A stretch of 64,000 bases of DNA from an uncultured Candidatus Binatia bacterium (GCA_965213675.1 OZ243916.1:2656001-2720000); one strand, 5' to 3'; counted from the stretch's first letter, positions 29,637 to 40,754 are shown. Notes: generated from the letters alone by a model not told the origin. Made by a program: numbers and translations.

Positions 29637-30587
29637 GTGCGCCAGTACATCATCAACCGCCTGCTGGTCCTCATACCGGTGCTCTTCCTGGTGTCGGTGA
29701 TCGTCTTCTCCCTGCTGCACATGATCCCGGGAGACCCGATAGACTTCATCTTCGCCACGGAGGACCTCAGCGACCCGACCGTTCGTGCCGATTTCGAAAA
29801 GATCCTCGGCCTCGACAAGCCGCTGTACGTGCAGTACCTGTTGTGGATCGGCAAGGTCCTGCTGGGCGACTTCGGCGAGTCGATCCACTACCACCGGTCG
29901 AACCTGGAATTGATCGCGGAACGTTTCCCGGCGACCATCCTGCTGACCATATTCGCCACCATCGTCTCCATTCTGATCTCCATCCCCGCCGGGGTCATCG
30001 CGGCCATCCGGCGCAACACGGCCAGCGACTACACCGCCATGTCCTTCGCGTTGCTGGGCATCTCGATCCCGAACTTCTGGCTGGGTATCCTGCTGATTCT
30101 CGCCTTCAGCCTTTATTTGCCCATCCTGCCGGCGTCCGGGTACCAGGCCTCCTTCACGGCCCCCTTGACGACGTTGTCCTATCTGATCCTCCCCTCCATC
30201 ACCCTGGGCACGGGCATGGCCGCCATCGTCGCGCGCATGACCCGTTCGGAGATGCTGGAGGAAATCGGCAAGGAGTACGTGCGCACGGCGCGGGCCAAGG
30301 GTCTGGCCGAGCGGCGGGTGATCTTCAAGCATACGCTCAAGAACGCGCTGGTGCCGGTCATCACGGTCATCGGCCTCCAGTTCGGCCGGCTGCTCGGCGG
30401 CACCGTCATCGTCGAGCACGTGTTCGCCTGGCCCGGGGTGGGCAGCCTGGTGGTGGGGGCGGTCTACAGCCGCGACTATCCGCTGGTGCAGGCGCTCATC
30501 CTGGTTTTCGCGGTGATTTTCGTGACGGTGAACTTCTTCGTGGACATCCTGTACAAGTACGCCAACCCCAGGATCACGCTGGAATAG
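29637..30587 (+). CDS. Opp/Dpp-family ABC permease (OppB-like)
   Basis: IPGDP, GLDKPLYVQY, YVRTARAKG, VFAWPGVG, RDYPLVQ. Confidence 0.94.
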   Translation: MRQYIINRLLVLIPVLFLVSVIVFSLLHMIPGDPIDFIFATEDLSDPTVRADFEKILGLDKPLYVQYLLWIGKVLLGDFGESIHYHRSNLELIAERFPATILLTIFATIVSILISIPAGVIAAIRRNTASDYTAMSFALLGISIPNFWLGILLILAFSLYLPILPASGYQASFTAPLTTLSYLILPSITLGTGMAAIVARMTRSEMLEEIGKEYVRTARAKGLAERRVIFKHTLKNALVPVITVIGLQFGRLLGGTVIVEHVFAWPGVGSLVVGAVYSRDYPLVQALILVFAVIFVTVNFFVDILYKYANPRITLE

Positions 30588-30679
30588 GTCGAACAAGGAA
30601 GTTGACCTCAAGGGTCGGAATGTGTGATGTGACTTTTTGGATGAAGGGCAACTTGGGAAACAAACAAGGAGGAGCAAGC

Positions 30680-32230
30680 ATGAGTACGAGACTATCGCTT
30701 TCGTTGGCCGCCCTGTTGCTGGCCTTCGGCTTGACCGTGCCCAACCACGCGGCTGCCCAGAAGTACGGCGGCACTCTGACCCTCGGCATGTACGCCGATC
30801 TGCATACCCCGGACCTGCACCGCACCGTCGGCAACCCCACAGCACAGATGGGCATTCTCGTGGCGGAGAGCCTGGTGGACTATGACGAGAAGTGCGACAT
30901 CGCGCCCGGGCTGGCCGAATCCTGGGACGTTACGGACGACGGCAAGGCGTACACCTTCAACCTGCGCAAGGGCGTCATGTTCCACAACGGCAAGGAGTTG
31001 ACCGCCGAGGATGTCAAGAAGAACTACGCGCATTTCCTGGACAAGAAGACCAAGTCCCCGCGGCGCGGCAACTTCAACTCCATCAAGGGGATGGAAGTCC
31101 TCGACAAGTACCGGATCAAGTTCACCCTCGCCAAGCCGGATAACGGCTTTCTGGTAAAGTTCCGTCCGCTGGTGGCGTTCATCACCCACTCGGACAGCTT
31201 CGAGTCCAAGCCGCCCAAGCCCATCGGCACGGGCGCGTTCGAATTCGTGGAGTGGCAGCCCAAGCAGCACGTGAAGCTGAAACGGTTCAAGAACTACTGG
31301 AAGAAGGACGCCAAGGGGAATCAGCTCCCCTTCGTGGACGAGGTCGTCATGCGGCCGATCCTGGACGACACCGTGCGCTACACCTCCCTGAGGGCCGACG
31401 ACCTCGACTGGGTGTGGACGGTGCCGTTCGAGCAGGCGCAGCCGATCAAGGCGAAGCCGCCCAAGGGAGTCACTCCTTCGTTCAAGCCCGGCGCGCGCTG
31501 GTTCTACCTGAACCTCAACCTGAACAAGGGTCCCCTCAAGGACGTCCGGGTACGCCAGGCCATCGCATACGCCATCGACAAACAGTCGCTGATGGACGGC
31601 ATCACCTGGGGTATCGCTTCAGCGGAGGCGCAGCCGTACTATCCCGGTTCCACGTGGCACTTCAAGGACGTCCCGGACCCCTACAAGGAAGGGAATCTGG
31701 ACAAGGCCCGCGAGTTGCTGAAGGCGGCGGGACACGAAAAGGGCTTGGACCTGGTGACCATCGTCCGAAACGAGACCGTCATCCTGAACCTGGCAACCCT
31801 CGCGCAGGCGCAGCTCAAGAAGGTCGGCGTCAACCTGAAGTTCCAGGTGATGGACCGCGCGGCGCATACCAAGAGGCAGCGGGCGAACGATTTCGACGTG
31901 AACCCCGGCCATCTCACCTACGTTCCGGACCCGGACGGCCTGTACTACCGGTTCTTCCGCGCGGGTCAGAGGAACAACTACGCCAAGTGGGACAACGCCG
32001 AGTACAACAAGCTCGTGGATGACGGCCGCACGGAGTCGGATCCCGCCAAGCGCAGGGCCATCTACCGCAAGGCGCTGGAGCTGATCAACACGGACCTGCC
32101 CCACCTGTTCCTGGGGCACCTGCCGATCTTCCAGGCGGCACGAACGCACCTCAAGAACATGAAGACCAACTGCCGCGGCGACGTGCGTTGGTCTGACGGC
32201 GGCGTCACGCACGCCTGGCTGGACAAGTAG
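30680..32230 (+). CDS. ABC substrate-binding protein, family 5
   Basis: aggagg RBS, signal peptide, PGLAESW..YTFNLRKGVMFHNG, PIGTGAF, DVRVRQAIAYAIDK. Confidence 0.94.
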   Translation: MSTRLSLSLAALLLAFGLTVPNHAAAQKYGGTLTLGMYADLHTPDLHRTVGNPTAQMGILVAESLVDYDEKCDIAPGLAESWDVTDDGKAYTFNLRKGVMFHNGKELTAEDVKKNYAHFLDKKTKSPRRGNFNSIKGMEVLDKYRIKFTLAKPDNGFLVKFRPLVAFITHSDSFESKPPKPIGTGAFEFVEWQPKQHVKLKRFKNYWKKDAKGNQLPFVDEVVMRPILDDTVRYTSLRADDLDWVWTVPFEQAQPIKAKPPKGVTPSFKPGARWFYLNLNLNKGPLKDVRVRQAIAYAIDKQSLMDGITWGIASAEAQPYYPGSTWHFKDVPDPYKEGNLDKARELLKAAGHEKGLDLVTIVRNETVILNLATLAQAQLKKVGVNLKFQVMDRAAHTKRQRANDFDVNPGHLTYVPDPDGLYYRFFRAGQRNNYAKWDNAEYNKLVDDGRTESDPAKRRAIYRKALELINTDLPHLFLGHLPIFQAARTHLKNMKTNCRGDVRWSDGGVTHAWLDK

Positions 32231-32246
32231 CAAACGGTTGCCGCAA

Positions 32247-32348
32247 GCACGCGCCGGAGCCCGAGGGCTCCGGCGCGTGCACGGCACCCAAAGCCCCCCA
32301 GGAATAGTAGATTGCAGGAGGTGCGGCGGACCGCCGCACCTCCTGCAA
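32247..32348 (+). promoter_or_regulatory. Two perfect GC-rich hairpins after the binding-protein gene (mRNA stabiliser or attenuator candidates)
   Basis: gcacgcgccggagccc-ga-gggctccggcgcgtgc (32247-32280) and ttgcaggaggtgcggcgg-a-ccgccgcacctcctgcaa (32312-32348); no U-tract. Confidence 0.6.
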
Positions 32349-32404
32349 GTCCGGTCGGCGACTTTCCTCCGGGCTTTCAAGACCACCCCAGTGAGGGCAT
32401 CCCA

Positions 32405-33391
32405 ATGGAAACCCCAACGCTGTTCAACAGTCCCGACAAGTTCGAGAGCAAGTTCGCCACCGCCGACGGCTACCGCACCCACTACGTCGAGGCGGGCAAG
32501 GGCAACCCGGAGAGCCTGCTGCTGGTCCACGGCGGCGGCATCGACATCGGCATGGACCTGTACCGCTGGTACCCGGTGGTGCTTCCGCTGGCGGAGAAGT
32601 TCCACGTCTACGCCATCGACGAACTGGGCCACGGCGAGACCGATCCGCCGCGGGATACCAAGGACCTTTGGCGTCCCACCGTGCGCGCGGAGCACGTCAT
32701 CAGCTTCATCGAGGCAATGGGCCTGGGCCCCATCAACCTGGTGGGCCAGTCCACCGGCGGTTGGATCGTCACCTACATCACCATCAAGCGGCCCGACCTG
32801 GTCAAGAAGCTGGTGCTCATCGACAGCGGCAGCACCGCGGGCTCGGCCCTCGACACCGAAGAGAAGTCCGACGCACCCAAACAGGTGGAAGTGGACGGCG
32901 CCATGGTGCAGGTGAGAGACGGCGTGCTGCCCTACATGAAAGAAGTCTTTAAAGAGGGCACCATGCACCCCAAGGAGGGGCTTACCAGCACCCGGGAAGG
33001 CATTCGCAAGTTCGTCAGCACCTACATCCATGCCAAGGAAATGGTCACCGACGAGTGGGTCGAGCATCTCTACAAGTTCGCCCAGAAGTGGAACGACCTC
33101 TACTTCACCCACAAGGGCAAGGAGTTCTGGGACAACACCAGCATGAAGGAGCATTCCAGGGAGTTCTACGTCGACGGGGTGCACATCCGGGACCGGGTGC
33201 ACGAGATACGGACCCCGACGCTGGTCATCTGGGCCAAAAACTCCAACAAGGGCGTGGACCCCGGACTCGCCCTTTACAAGCGTATCCCGGACGCCCAGCT
33301 TCACATCTTCGACAAGGCCAACCACTTCCTGTGGCTCGACCACCCGAAGGATTTCGTCAGCCTGGTCACTTGGTATCTGTCCAAGAGTTAA
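32405..33391 (+). CDS. Alpha/beta-hydrolase paralog 4
   Basis: METPTLFNSPDK, HGG, GQSTGG, DKANHF. Confidence 0.93.
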   Translation: METPTLFNSPDKFESKFATADGYRTHYVEAGKGNPESLLLVHGGGIDIGMDLYRWYPVVLPLAEKFHVYAIDELGHGETDPPRDTKDLWRPTVRAEHVISFIEAMGLGPINLVGQSTGGWIVTYITIKRPDLVKKLVLIDSGSTAGSALDTEEKSDAPKQVEVDGAMVQVRDGVLPYMKEVFKEGTMHPKEGLTSTREGIRKFVSTYIHAKEMVTDEWVEHLYKFAQKWNDLYFTHKGKEFWDNTSMKEHSREFYVDGVHIRDRVHEIRTPTLVIWAKNSNKGVDPGLALYKRIPDAQLHIFDKANHFLWLDHPKDFVSLVTWYLSKS

Positions 33392-33435
33392 AGAGCGGAG
33401 GGGAACCCGCCGCGCCAACCGCATAGGAGGAATCC

Positions 33436-34416
33436 GTGGAGACCCTGTTCAACAGTCCCGACAAGTTCGAGAGCAAGTTCGTGACCGCCGACGGTTACCG
33501 GACTCATTACGTGGAAGCCGGCGACAAGGACGCCGACAGGCTGCTGCTGGTCCACGGCGGTTCCATCGAAGTGGGGATGGGCCTCTACCGGTGGTATCCC
33601 AACGTCATTCCGCTGTCCGAGCACTTCCACGTCTACGCCATCGACGAGCTGGGCCACGGCGACACCGATGCGCCCAGGGACCTGGACACGCTGGGGCACG
33701 TGCGGTTCCGCGCCGAACACGTCATCAGCTTCATCGAGGAACTGGGCCTGGGACCCATCAACCTGGCCGGGCAGTCCCAGGGCGGCTGGATCGTCACCTA
33801 CATCACGTTGAAGCGGCCGGACCTGGTGAAAAAGCTCATCCTCATCGACAGCGGCAGCACCGCGGGCTCGGCCCTCAAGACCGAGAACGACACCGAGACG
33901 CCGGAGTACGTCGAGATCGACGGCGTGAAGCAGAAGGTGGGAAGCGGCGAGCTGCCGTACTTCAAGGAAGTCTTCGAGCCCAACAGCATGATGCCCAAGC
34001 AGGGCCTGACCGACACCCGGGAAGGCCTGCGGAAGTACGCCAGCGTCTTCTTCTACGACAAGTCCATGGTGTCGGAGGAGTTCCTGGACTACCTGATGAA
34101 TCTCTCCACGAAGTGGAACAAGCTCTATATGGACCACAAGGGCAAGGAGTACTGGGGCGACCGGGGCCTCACGGGTCACTCGGACATGTACGGCTTCGAC
34201 GGCAAGCACATCCGGGACCATGTCAAGGACATCGACCGGCCCACCCTGGTGGTGTGGGGCAAGAATTCCAACAAGGGCGTCGATCCCGGTCTGGAGCTTT
34301 ACAAGCGCATTCCCGACGCCCAGATGCACGTGTTCGACAAGGCCAACCATTTCCTGTGGCTGGACCAGTGGCAGGAGTTCAACAGCCTGGTCACCTGGTT
34401 CCTGACCAAGGATTAA
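33436..34416 (+). CDS. Alpha/beta-hydrolase paralog 5
   Basis: GTG start after aggagg; HGG, GQSQGG, DKANHF. Confidence 0.93.
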   Translation: METLFNSPDKFESKFVTADGYRTHYVEAGDKDADRLLLVHGGSIEVGMGLYRWYPNVIPLSEHFHVYAIDELGHGDTDAPRDLDTLGHVRFRAEHVISFIEELGLGPINLAGQSQGGWIVTYITLKRPDLVKKLILIDSGSTAGSALKTENDTETPEYVEIDGVKQKVGSGELPYFKEVFEPNSMMPKQGLTDTREGLRKYASVFFYDKSMVSEEFLDYLMNLSTKWNKLYMDHKGKEYWGDRGLTGHSDMYGFDGKHIRDHVKDIDRPTLVVWGKNSNKGVDPGLELYKRIPDAQMHVFDKANHFLWLDQWQEFNSLVTWFLTKD

Positions 34417-34434
34417 CAAAGGAAAGGATTCCCA

Positions 34435-34818
34435 ATGGAAGTCTTCAACGTCAAGGAAGTCGGCAAGTTCTCGGACCAGAATCCCGATCAGCCCTACTCG
34501 GAAAAGGCGGAGGGCGGCTACATCCGGAACCGCGTGGTCTCCAACGACAAGTGCTCGGTCACCATCGCCTGCTTCCGCGACGGCGAGACCCCGGGAGAGG
34601 CCCTGCACAGCCATCCCGGCGCCATCGAGATCTACTACGTGGTGGAGGGAGAGTGCCTGGGCATCGACAGCCAGCGCAACGAGCAGCGTTGCGGCCCCGG
34701 TTCGGTGGTGTACTTCGACGCCGGCGAGCCCCACAACATCCACTCGGCGCCGGGCAGCGACGCCTTGGTGTACCGGGTCCAGATCGGCGCGGACCGGAGC
34801 GTCAAACGGCCCGCCTGA
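34435..34818 (+). CDS. Cupin domain protein
   Basis: HSHPGAIEIYYVVEG..GSVVYFDAGEPH metal motif. Confidence 0.9.
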   Translation: MEVFNVKEVGKFSDQNPDQPYSEKAEGGYIRNRVVSNDKCSVTIACFRDGETPGEALHSHPGAIEIYYVVEGECLGIDSQRNEQRCGPGSVVYFDAGEPHNIHSAPGSDALVYRVQIGADRSVKRPA

Positions 34819-34880
34819 GCCGCGCCCGACGGCGGAACCACGACCCGGCCCGCGCCCGGGCCGGGTCGCCGGCTGCGATC

Positions 34881-35327
34881 ATGCCCATCAAGGTTATCGA
34901 ACTGCACCACCACGGCATCCGCATAGCACCCACCGCGGATGCCGTGGCCCAGGCCCGGCATTTCTACGTCGACGTGCTGGGCATCCCGGCCGACTCCGGG
35001 AGGCCCGATATCCCCGGCGTGCCGGGGCTCTGGCTCGATGTCGGCGCGGCCGCGCAATCCGCCCAGATCCATCTCATGGGCGCCGTGGGACAGTCGCCGC
35101 CGGCGCGCAGCGACACGGAAGACCCGACAATTCCGCACGTGGCGCTGGCGGTTGAGGACATCGTGGAAACGCGCCGGGAACTGGATGCGCAGGGGATCTC
35201 CTACTGGCAGATCGACGGCCTCGTGGGCACGGACTCGCAGCAGGTCTTCCTCCGGGACCCCTTCGGCAACATGATCGAGTTGCACCAGGTCGGCACCTGC
35301 CGCTGCAACCAGGCTGCCCGGGGATAG
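34881..35327 (+). CDS. VOC/glyoxalase family protein
   Basis: LHHHGIRI, FYVDVLG, QIHL, HVALAV, QVFLRDPFGNMIELH. Confidence 0.9.
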   Translation: MPIKVIELHHHGIRIAPTADAVAQARHFYVDVLGIPADSGRPDIPGVPGLWLDVGAAAQSAQIHLMGAVGQSPPARSDTEDPTIPHVALAVEDIVETRRELDAQGISYWQIDGLVGTDSQQVFLRDPFGNMIELHQVGTCRCNQAARG

Positions 35328-35357
35328 CGGATAGAGTCAGCCTCCTCGGCGTTCAAG

Positions 35358-36530
35358 ATGGCCTTTCAGGTTCAAGAGAAGTTCCGCCGCTGGGTCGACG
35401 TGGCCGAGTCCCTGAGCCGGGAGAAGTTCGCGGTCAGAGCCCAGACCATCGACCGGGAAGCGCGGTTTCCCTTCGAGAACTACGAGGACCTTCGGGACTC
35501 CGGCCTGCTGGCGCTGACCGTACCCCGTGAGCACGGCGGCATCGGCGCCGATTCCCTGACCTACGCGGTGATCCTGTCCCGGGTGGCCAAGGGGTGCGCG
35601 TCCACCGGGCTCACCTTCAACATGCACTGCGCCATCGTCGACTTCCTGCTGCAACTCGCCGGCCCGGAACAACAGCAGCGTTTCTTCAAGACAGTGGTGG
35701 AGGACGGCGCCATCTTCGCGTCCATCACCAGTGAGCCGGGAAGCTCCTTCCGGGACAAGCTGGCCATACGCACGTCCATCCGCCGCCAGGACGGCAAGTA
35801 CAGGCTCAACGGCATCAAGCATTTCTGCTCCCTCTCGACAGGCGCCACGTACTACTTCACGTGGAGCCTGCTGGACGGCGCCGAGGACCTCGCCGACGGG
35901 CTCCTGAACGTACTCATCCGCGCCGACCAGCCGGGCATCGAGATCGTCCACGACTGGGACACCATCGGCATGCGCGGTACGGTCTCCAACTCCATCAACT
36001 TCAACGACGTGGAGATCCTGCCGGAGAACGTCGTGGGCGAACCAGGCGCGATCCTCGGAAAGGACATGAGCATCTGGTCCCTGGGCTACACCGGAGTATA
36101 TTTCGGCATCGCCGAAGCCGCCTACGAGTTCTGTGTCGAATATGTGAAGAAGACCCGGTTTCGGGGCATGACCGGGAGCCTGGCCTCGGACGCCCGGATA
36201 CAGCGTCAGATCGGCGAGATGGCCACGCTCCTGGAGAGCGCCCGGCGGGCGGTGGAGCAGCTCGGGATGCTGCGGGGCAACACCGACAAGGTCGAGCTGA
36301 CCTTCATCCTGAACCAGGCGAAGTACCTCGCCACCGAGGCCGCCAAGGAGATCGCCGAACGCGCCATCCGCCTCACCGGGGGCCGCGGGCTGCTCCGTTC
36401 ACTGCCGCTGGAGCGCCATTTCCGCGACGCGCTGGCGGGAGTGGTGATGCCGCCGGCCAACGACCGCTGCATGGAGACGGTCGGCAAGATTGCCCTCGGC
36501 CTGGGAGCCAAGACCCTCGAGTTCGAGTAG
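35358..36530 (+). CDS. Acyl-CoA dehydrogenase-fold flavoprotein, possibly monooxygenase-like
   Basis: SEPGS, LNGIKHFCS, DWDTIGMRGTVSNS, LERHFRD; C-terminal GVVMPP instead of IYEGT. Confidence 0.8.
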   Translation: MAFQVQEKFRRWVDVAESLSREKFAVRAQTIDREARFPFENYEDLRDSGLLALTVPREHGGIGADSLTYAVILSRVAKGCASTGLTFNMHCAIVDFLLQLAGPEQQQRFFKTVVEDGAIFASITSEPGSSFRDKLAIRTSIRRQDGKYRLNGIKHFCSLSTGATYYFTWSLLDGAEDLADGLLNVLIRADQPGIEIVHDWDTIGMRGTVSNSINFNDVEILPENVVGEPGAILGKDMSIWSLGYTGVYFGIAEAAYEFCVEYVKKTRFRGMTGSLASDARIQRQIGEMATLLESARRAVEQLGMLRGNTDKVELTFILNQAKYLATEAAKEIAERAIRLTGGRGLLRSLPLERHFRDALAGVVMPPANDRCMETVGKIALGLGAKTLEFE

Positions 36531-36586
36531 CGTCCCGTGTCGTCTCCTCGATGTAAACGCGCCGGGCCGCAACACTGTACGCCACC

Positions 36587-37885
36587 ATGGTGGAACGCCT
36601 GAAAACACCCAAGCCCAAGCCCCGGGCGGTTACGGATGAAATCCGAGCCACCGTGAGCGAGATCCTCCGAGCGGTGGAGCAAGAACGCGAGGCCGCGGTG
36701 CGCAGGTATTCCGAGCGCTTCGACAAGTGGAACCCGTCCTCTTTCCGGGTATCGCAAAACGAAATCCAACAGGCCGAAGCCCTGACTGACGATGGCCTGA
36801 AGGGGCACATCCGCTTCGCGCAGGAGCAGGTGCGCAACTTCGCCAGCCTTCAGCGGGACAGCCTCAAGGACTTCGAGCGGGAAACCATGCCCGGTGTCGT
36901 GCTCGGGCAGAGGTCCATTCCGGTGCGTTCCGTGGGCGCCTACTCGCCGGGCGGCGCCTATCCGCTCATCGCGTCCGCGATCATGACCCTCGTCACGCCC
37001 AAGGCCGCCGGCGTGCCCCGGGTAACTGCCTGCGCGCCGCCGCGAAAGGGCCAGGGCATGCATCCGCCGCAGCTCTTCGCCATGGCGTCGTCGGGGGCCG
37101 ACGAGATCTTCTGCATCGGCGGGGTCCAGGCCCTGGCCGCGCTGGCCTTCGGCATCGAGGACCTGGAGCCGGTGGACATGCTGGTGGGCGCGGGCAACGC
37201 CTATGTCGCGGAAGCCAAGCGGCAGCTCTTCGGACAGACCGGCATCGACCTGCTGGCCGGTCCCACCGAGATCATGATCATCGCGGATGACTCCGCCGAC
37301 CCGGAAGTGGTGGCGGCGGACCTGCTCGGGCAGGCCGAGCACGGTCCCACCTCGCCGGCGGCGCTGGTGACCACGTCCCGGGAGCTGGCCGAGGCCACGG
37401 CCCGGGAAGTGGACCGGTGGCTCGAAACCTGGCCCACGGCCGACATCGCGGGGCCGGCGTGGCGCGACTACGGAAGCATCACGGTGTGCGACAGCGACGA
37501 TGAGATGGTGCGGGAGGCCGACGCCTTCGCCCCGGAACACCTGGAGGTCCAGACCCGGGACCCCGACTGGTTCCTGGAGCGCCTGAGCAACTACGGCACG
37601 CTCTTCCTGGGCCGGCACGCCACCGTGGTCTACTCCGACAAATCCATCGGCACCAACCACGTGCTCCCCACCGCCGGAGCCGCGCGCTATACCGGCGGGC
37701 TGTGGGTGGGCAAGTTCCTCAAGACCGTCACGTACCAGAGGGTCGCCGCCGAGGGCTCGCGCCGGGTGGCGCCGGCCGCGGACGCCATCTCCGAGGCGGA
37801 ACACATGCAGGGGCACGCCATCACCGCCCGGCTCAGGCTCGACCCGCGCCGCTTCGACGACGTGCCGGGGGAGGGGCCGGAATGA
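36587..37885 (+). CDS. Histidinol dehydrogenase paralog, HpsN-like clade
   Basis: PGG.YPLIASA, AGPTE, DLLGQAEH, APEHLEV, DKSIGTNHVLPT, YTGGLWVGKFLKT; no his genes nearby. Confidence 0.8.
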   Translation: MVERLKTPKPKPRAVTDEIRATVSEILRAVEQEREAAVRRYSERFDKWNPSSFRVSQNEIQQAEALTDDGLKGHIRFAQEQVRNFASLQRDSLKDFERETMPGVVLGQRSIPVRSVGAYSPGGAYPLIASAIMTLVTPKAAGVPRVTACAPPRKGQGMHPPQLFAMASSGADEIFCIGGVQALAALAFGIEDLEPVDMLVGAGNAYVAEAKRQLFGQTGIDLLAGPTEIMIIADDSADPEVVAADLLGQAEHGPTSPAALVTTSRELAEATAREVDRWLETWPTADIAGPAWRDYGSITVCDSDDEMVREADAFAPEHLEVQTRDPDWFLERLSNYGTLFLGRHATVVYSDKSIGTNHVLPTAGAARYTGGLWVGKFLKTVTYQRVAAEGSRRVAPAADAISEAEHMQGHAITARLRLDPRRFDDVPGEGPE

Positions 37886-37953
37886 TGGCGTCCTGAGCGT
37901 AGCGAAGCGAAGTCGAAGGACACCATCTCTCGCGGCAGTCTGGGGCGGCCATC

Positions 37954-38742
<789 letters not shown>

Positions 38743-38862
38743 CAGGGGCGACCCGCGGTCGCCCTCTGCGACCCCGGGCGATTCGCGCCGAGCCGGGCGA
38801 AGGAACGGGAATCGATAGCGGTCCCGCGCTGAACGGATGCAGCGATTCAAAGGAGGTATGCA

Positions 38863-39552
38863 ATGGCTCGTCTAGTGGATTTGTCGGTGGAGATCTACCA
38901 GGGGATGAACGTCTATCCCGGTCACCTGAAGACCGTGATCTTCCAGCACGTTACCCATGAGGAAACCAAGCAGCGGTTCGAGGGCGGCTTCTCGTTCCAG
39001 ACCACGGGCATCCTGCTGAACGACAACGGCCCGACCCACGTGGACTCTTTCAGCCACCTGGACCCACGGCCTGGGGCCGCCACCATCGACCAGATGCCTC
39101 TGGACCTGTTCTACGGGCCGGCCCTCTGCATCGACGTCTCCCACAAGGAGCCCTGCACCGACATCATGCCCGAGGACCTTGATGCCGCGGTGAAGAAGTC
39201 CGGCCAGGAGCTCAGGAAGGGCGACATCCTGCTGCTCTACACCGGCACCTGCGACCGCTACATGGGTCAGCCGGAATACCTCACGACCTTCCCGGGCCTG
39301 GGGGAGGAGGGCAGCATGTGGCTCGTGGAAAAGGGCGTCAAGACCTTCGGGGTGGACACGCCGACCCCGGACAACCCCATAAGCAAGACCTATCCGTGCC
39401 ACATGATGTGCCGCTTCCATCACATCACCCACTACGAGAACCTGGTGCTCACCGAGGTGGCGGGCAAACGCTTCACCTTCGTCGGGTTCCCGTTGCGGCT
39501 CAAGGGATCCCACGGCGGACCGACCCGGGCGGTGGCGCTGATGGACGACTGA
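38863..39552 (+). CDS. Cyclase (KynB-like) family protein
   Basis: DLSVEI, NGPTHVDSFSH, GVDTPTPD, HYENL, PLRLKGSHGGPTRAVA. Confidence 0.88.
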   Translation: MARLVDLSVEIYQGMNVYPGHLKTVIFQHVTHEETKQRFEGGFSFQTTGILLNDNGPTHVDSFSHLDPRPGAATIDQMPLDLFYGPALCIDVSHKEPCTDIMPEDLDAAVKKSGQELRKGDILLLYTGTCDRYMGQPEYLTTFPGLGEEGSMWLVEKGVKTFGVDTPTPDNPISKTYPCHMMCRFHHITHYENLVLTEVAGKRFTFVGFPLRLKGSHGGPTRAVALMDD

Positions 39553-39615
39553 TCCGCGCTGTCCCTTGACGGGTCGTCGCCCGCATGCAGCGACGACACT
39601 GGGACTGGCGCGCTC

Positions 39616-40596
39616 TCAATCTTCGTAGATCTCCGGATTGAAGAGGTTGGGCGGACGCCGCCCCTCAATGACGGCGACGATATTCTCCGCCACGATCAGG
39701 GCCATGTTCTCCCGGGTCCCCACTACCGCGCTCCCGAGATGAGGAGTGAGCACGACATCCACGCGACCCAACAGATCCGCATCAACGTCGGGCTCATGTT
39801 CGTAGACGTCCAGCGCCGCACCGGCGATGAGCCTCTGCTCTAACGCCGAAGCCAATGCGGCTTCATCCACCAGCGGGCCGCGGGCGGTGTTGATCAGGAA
39901 GGCTGTAGGCTTCATCGTCCTGAGCTCGGGCGGTCCGATGAGGTGTCGGTTCTCGGGAATGCCGGCGGCATGGACGGAAACGAAGTCGGAGCGCCGGAGC
40001 AGCTCCTCCAGGGACACGCACTCGACTCCCAGCTCCCTTTCCCTGTCACCGTCCAAACGGCGCCGCTTGGTGTAGAGCACGCGCATGTCGAACCCCCGGG
40101 CGCGCCGCGCCATGGCCTCGCCGATGCGCCCCAGCCCCACGATCCCCAGGGTCTTGCCATGCACCCCCTGCCCCACCAGATGCATCGACTGCGACCCCGG
40201 GAACATCCCCTGACGAAGCGTACGGTCTCCCGCCACGATATTGCGTGCCGCCGCCAACATGAGCCCCCAGGCCAGGTCCGCGGTCTCCTCCGTCACCATC
40301 GGCGGGACGGTCGTGACCGGGATCTTTCGGGCGGTGGCCTCGGCGACGTCGATGTTCGCGGGAATGATTGCCATGCTGGCGATCATCCTTAGGCCCGGAT
40401 TGGCGCCGACAACGTTACGGTCCAGGGTATCGTGCAGCAGGCAGAACAGATAGTCGCATTTCTTCACGGCCGCGGTGAGTTCCGCGGTGATCATGATTTG
40501 GGTCGGATCGGGATTGAACTCGACGTCGCCGTGGCGCCGCAACACGCTCAATGCCTTGTCGGGGATGGGGTGGGTGACGAATATCCTGGGCTTCAT
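39616..40596 (-). CDS. D-2-hydroxyacid dehydrogenase (glyoxylate reductase-like)
   Basis: GIVGLGRIG, LINTARG, LDVYEHEP, LTPHLGS. Confidence 0.92.
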   Translation of the reverse strand: MKPRIFVTHPIPDKALSVLRRHGDVEFNPDPTQIMITAELTAAVKKCDYLFCLLHDTLDRNVVGANPGLRMIASMAIIPANIDVAEATARKIPVTTVPPMVTEETADLAWGLMLAAARNIVAGDRTLRQGMFPGSQSMHLVGQGVHGKTLGIVGLGRIGEAMARRARGFDMRVLYTKRRRLDGDRERELGVECVSLEELLRRSDFVSVHAAGIPENRHLIGPPELRTMKPTAFLINTARGPLVDEAALASALEQRLIAGAALDVYEHEPDVDADLLGRVDVVLTPHLGSAVVGTRENMALIVAENIVAVIEGRRPPNLFNPEIYED

Positions 40597-40754
40597 AACT
40601 TCTTCTCCCGGACTCTCCCGGACGCGGACGTTGCATGGCAACCGGTTACCAGATCGGTGCGTGGGGCGCGACAAGCACCAGCCGGCGCCTTGCGATTGCC
40701 GTGAAACGAACACCTGCGATAGAAACGCGGTCAACCAAAGAAGGAGGCAACCGC

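Noticed and set aside
15593-34416. Hydrolase paralogs as diversity-generating retroelement targets or an assembly duplication
   Set aside because: No reverse transcriptase or adenine-specific TR/VR pair, and divergence is spread along the whole genes.
36587-37885. Calling this gene hisD or hpsN outright
   Set aside because: Motifs fit the HpsN-like clade, but neither his genes nor sulfonate-pathway partners are adjacent, so the substrate is unproven.
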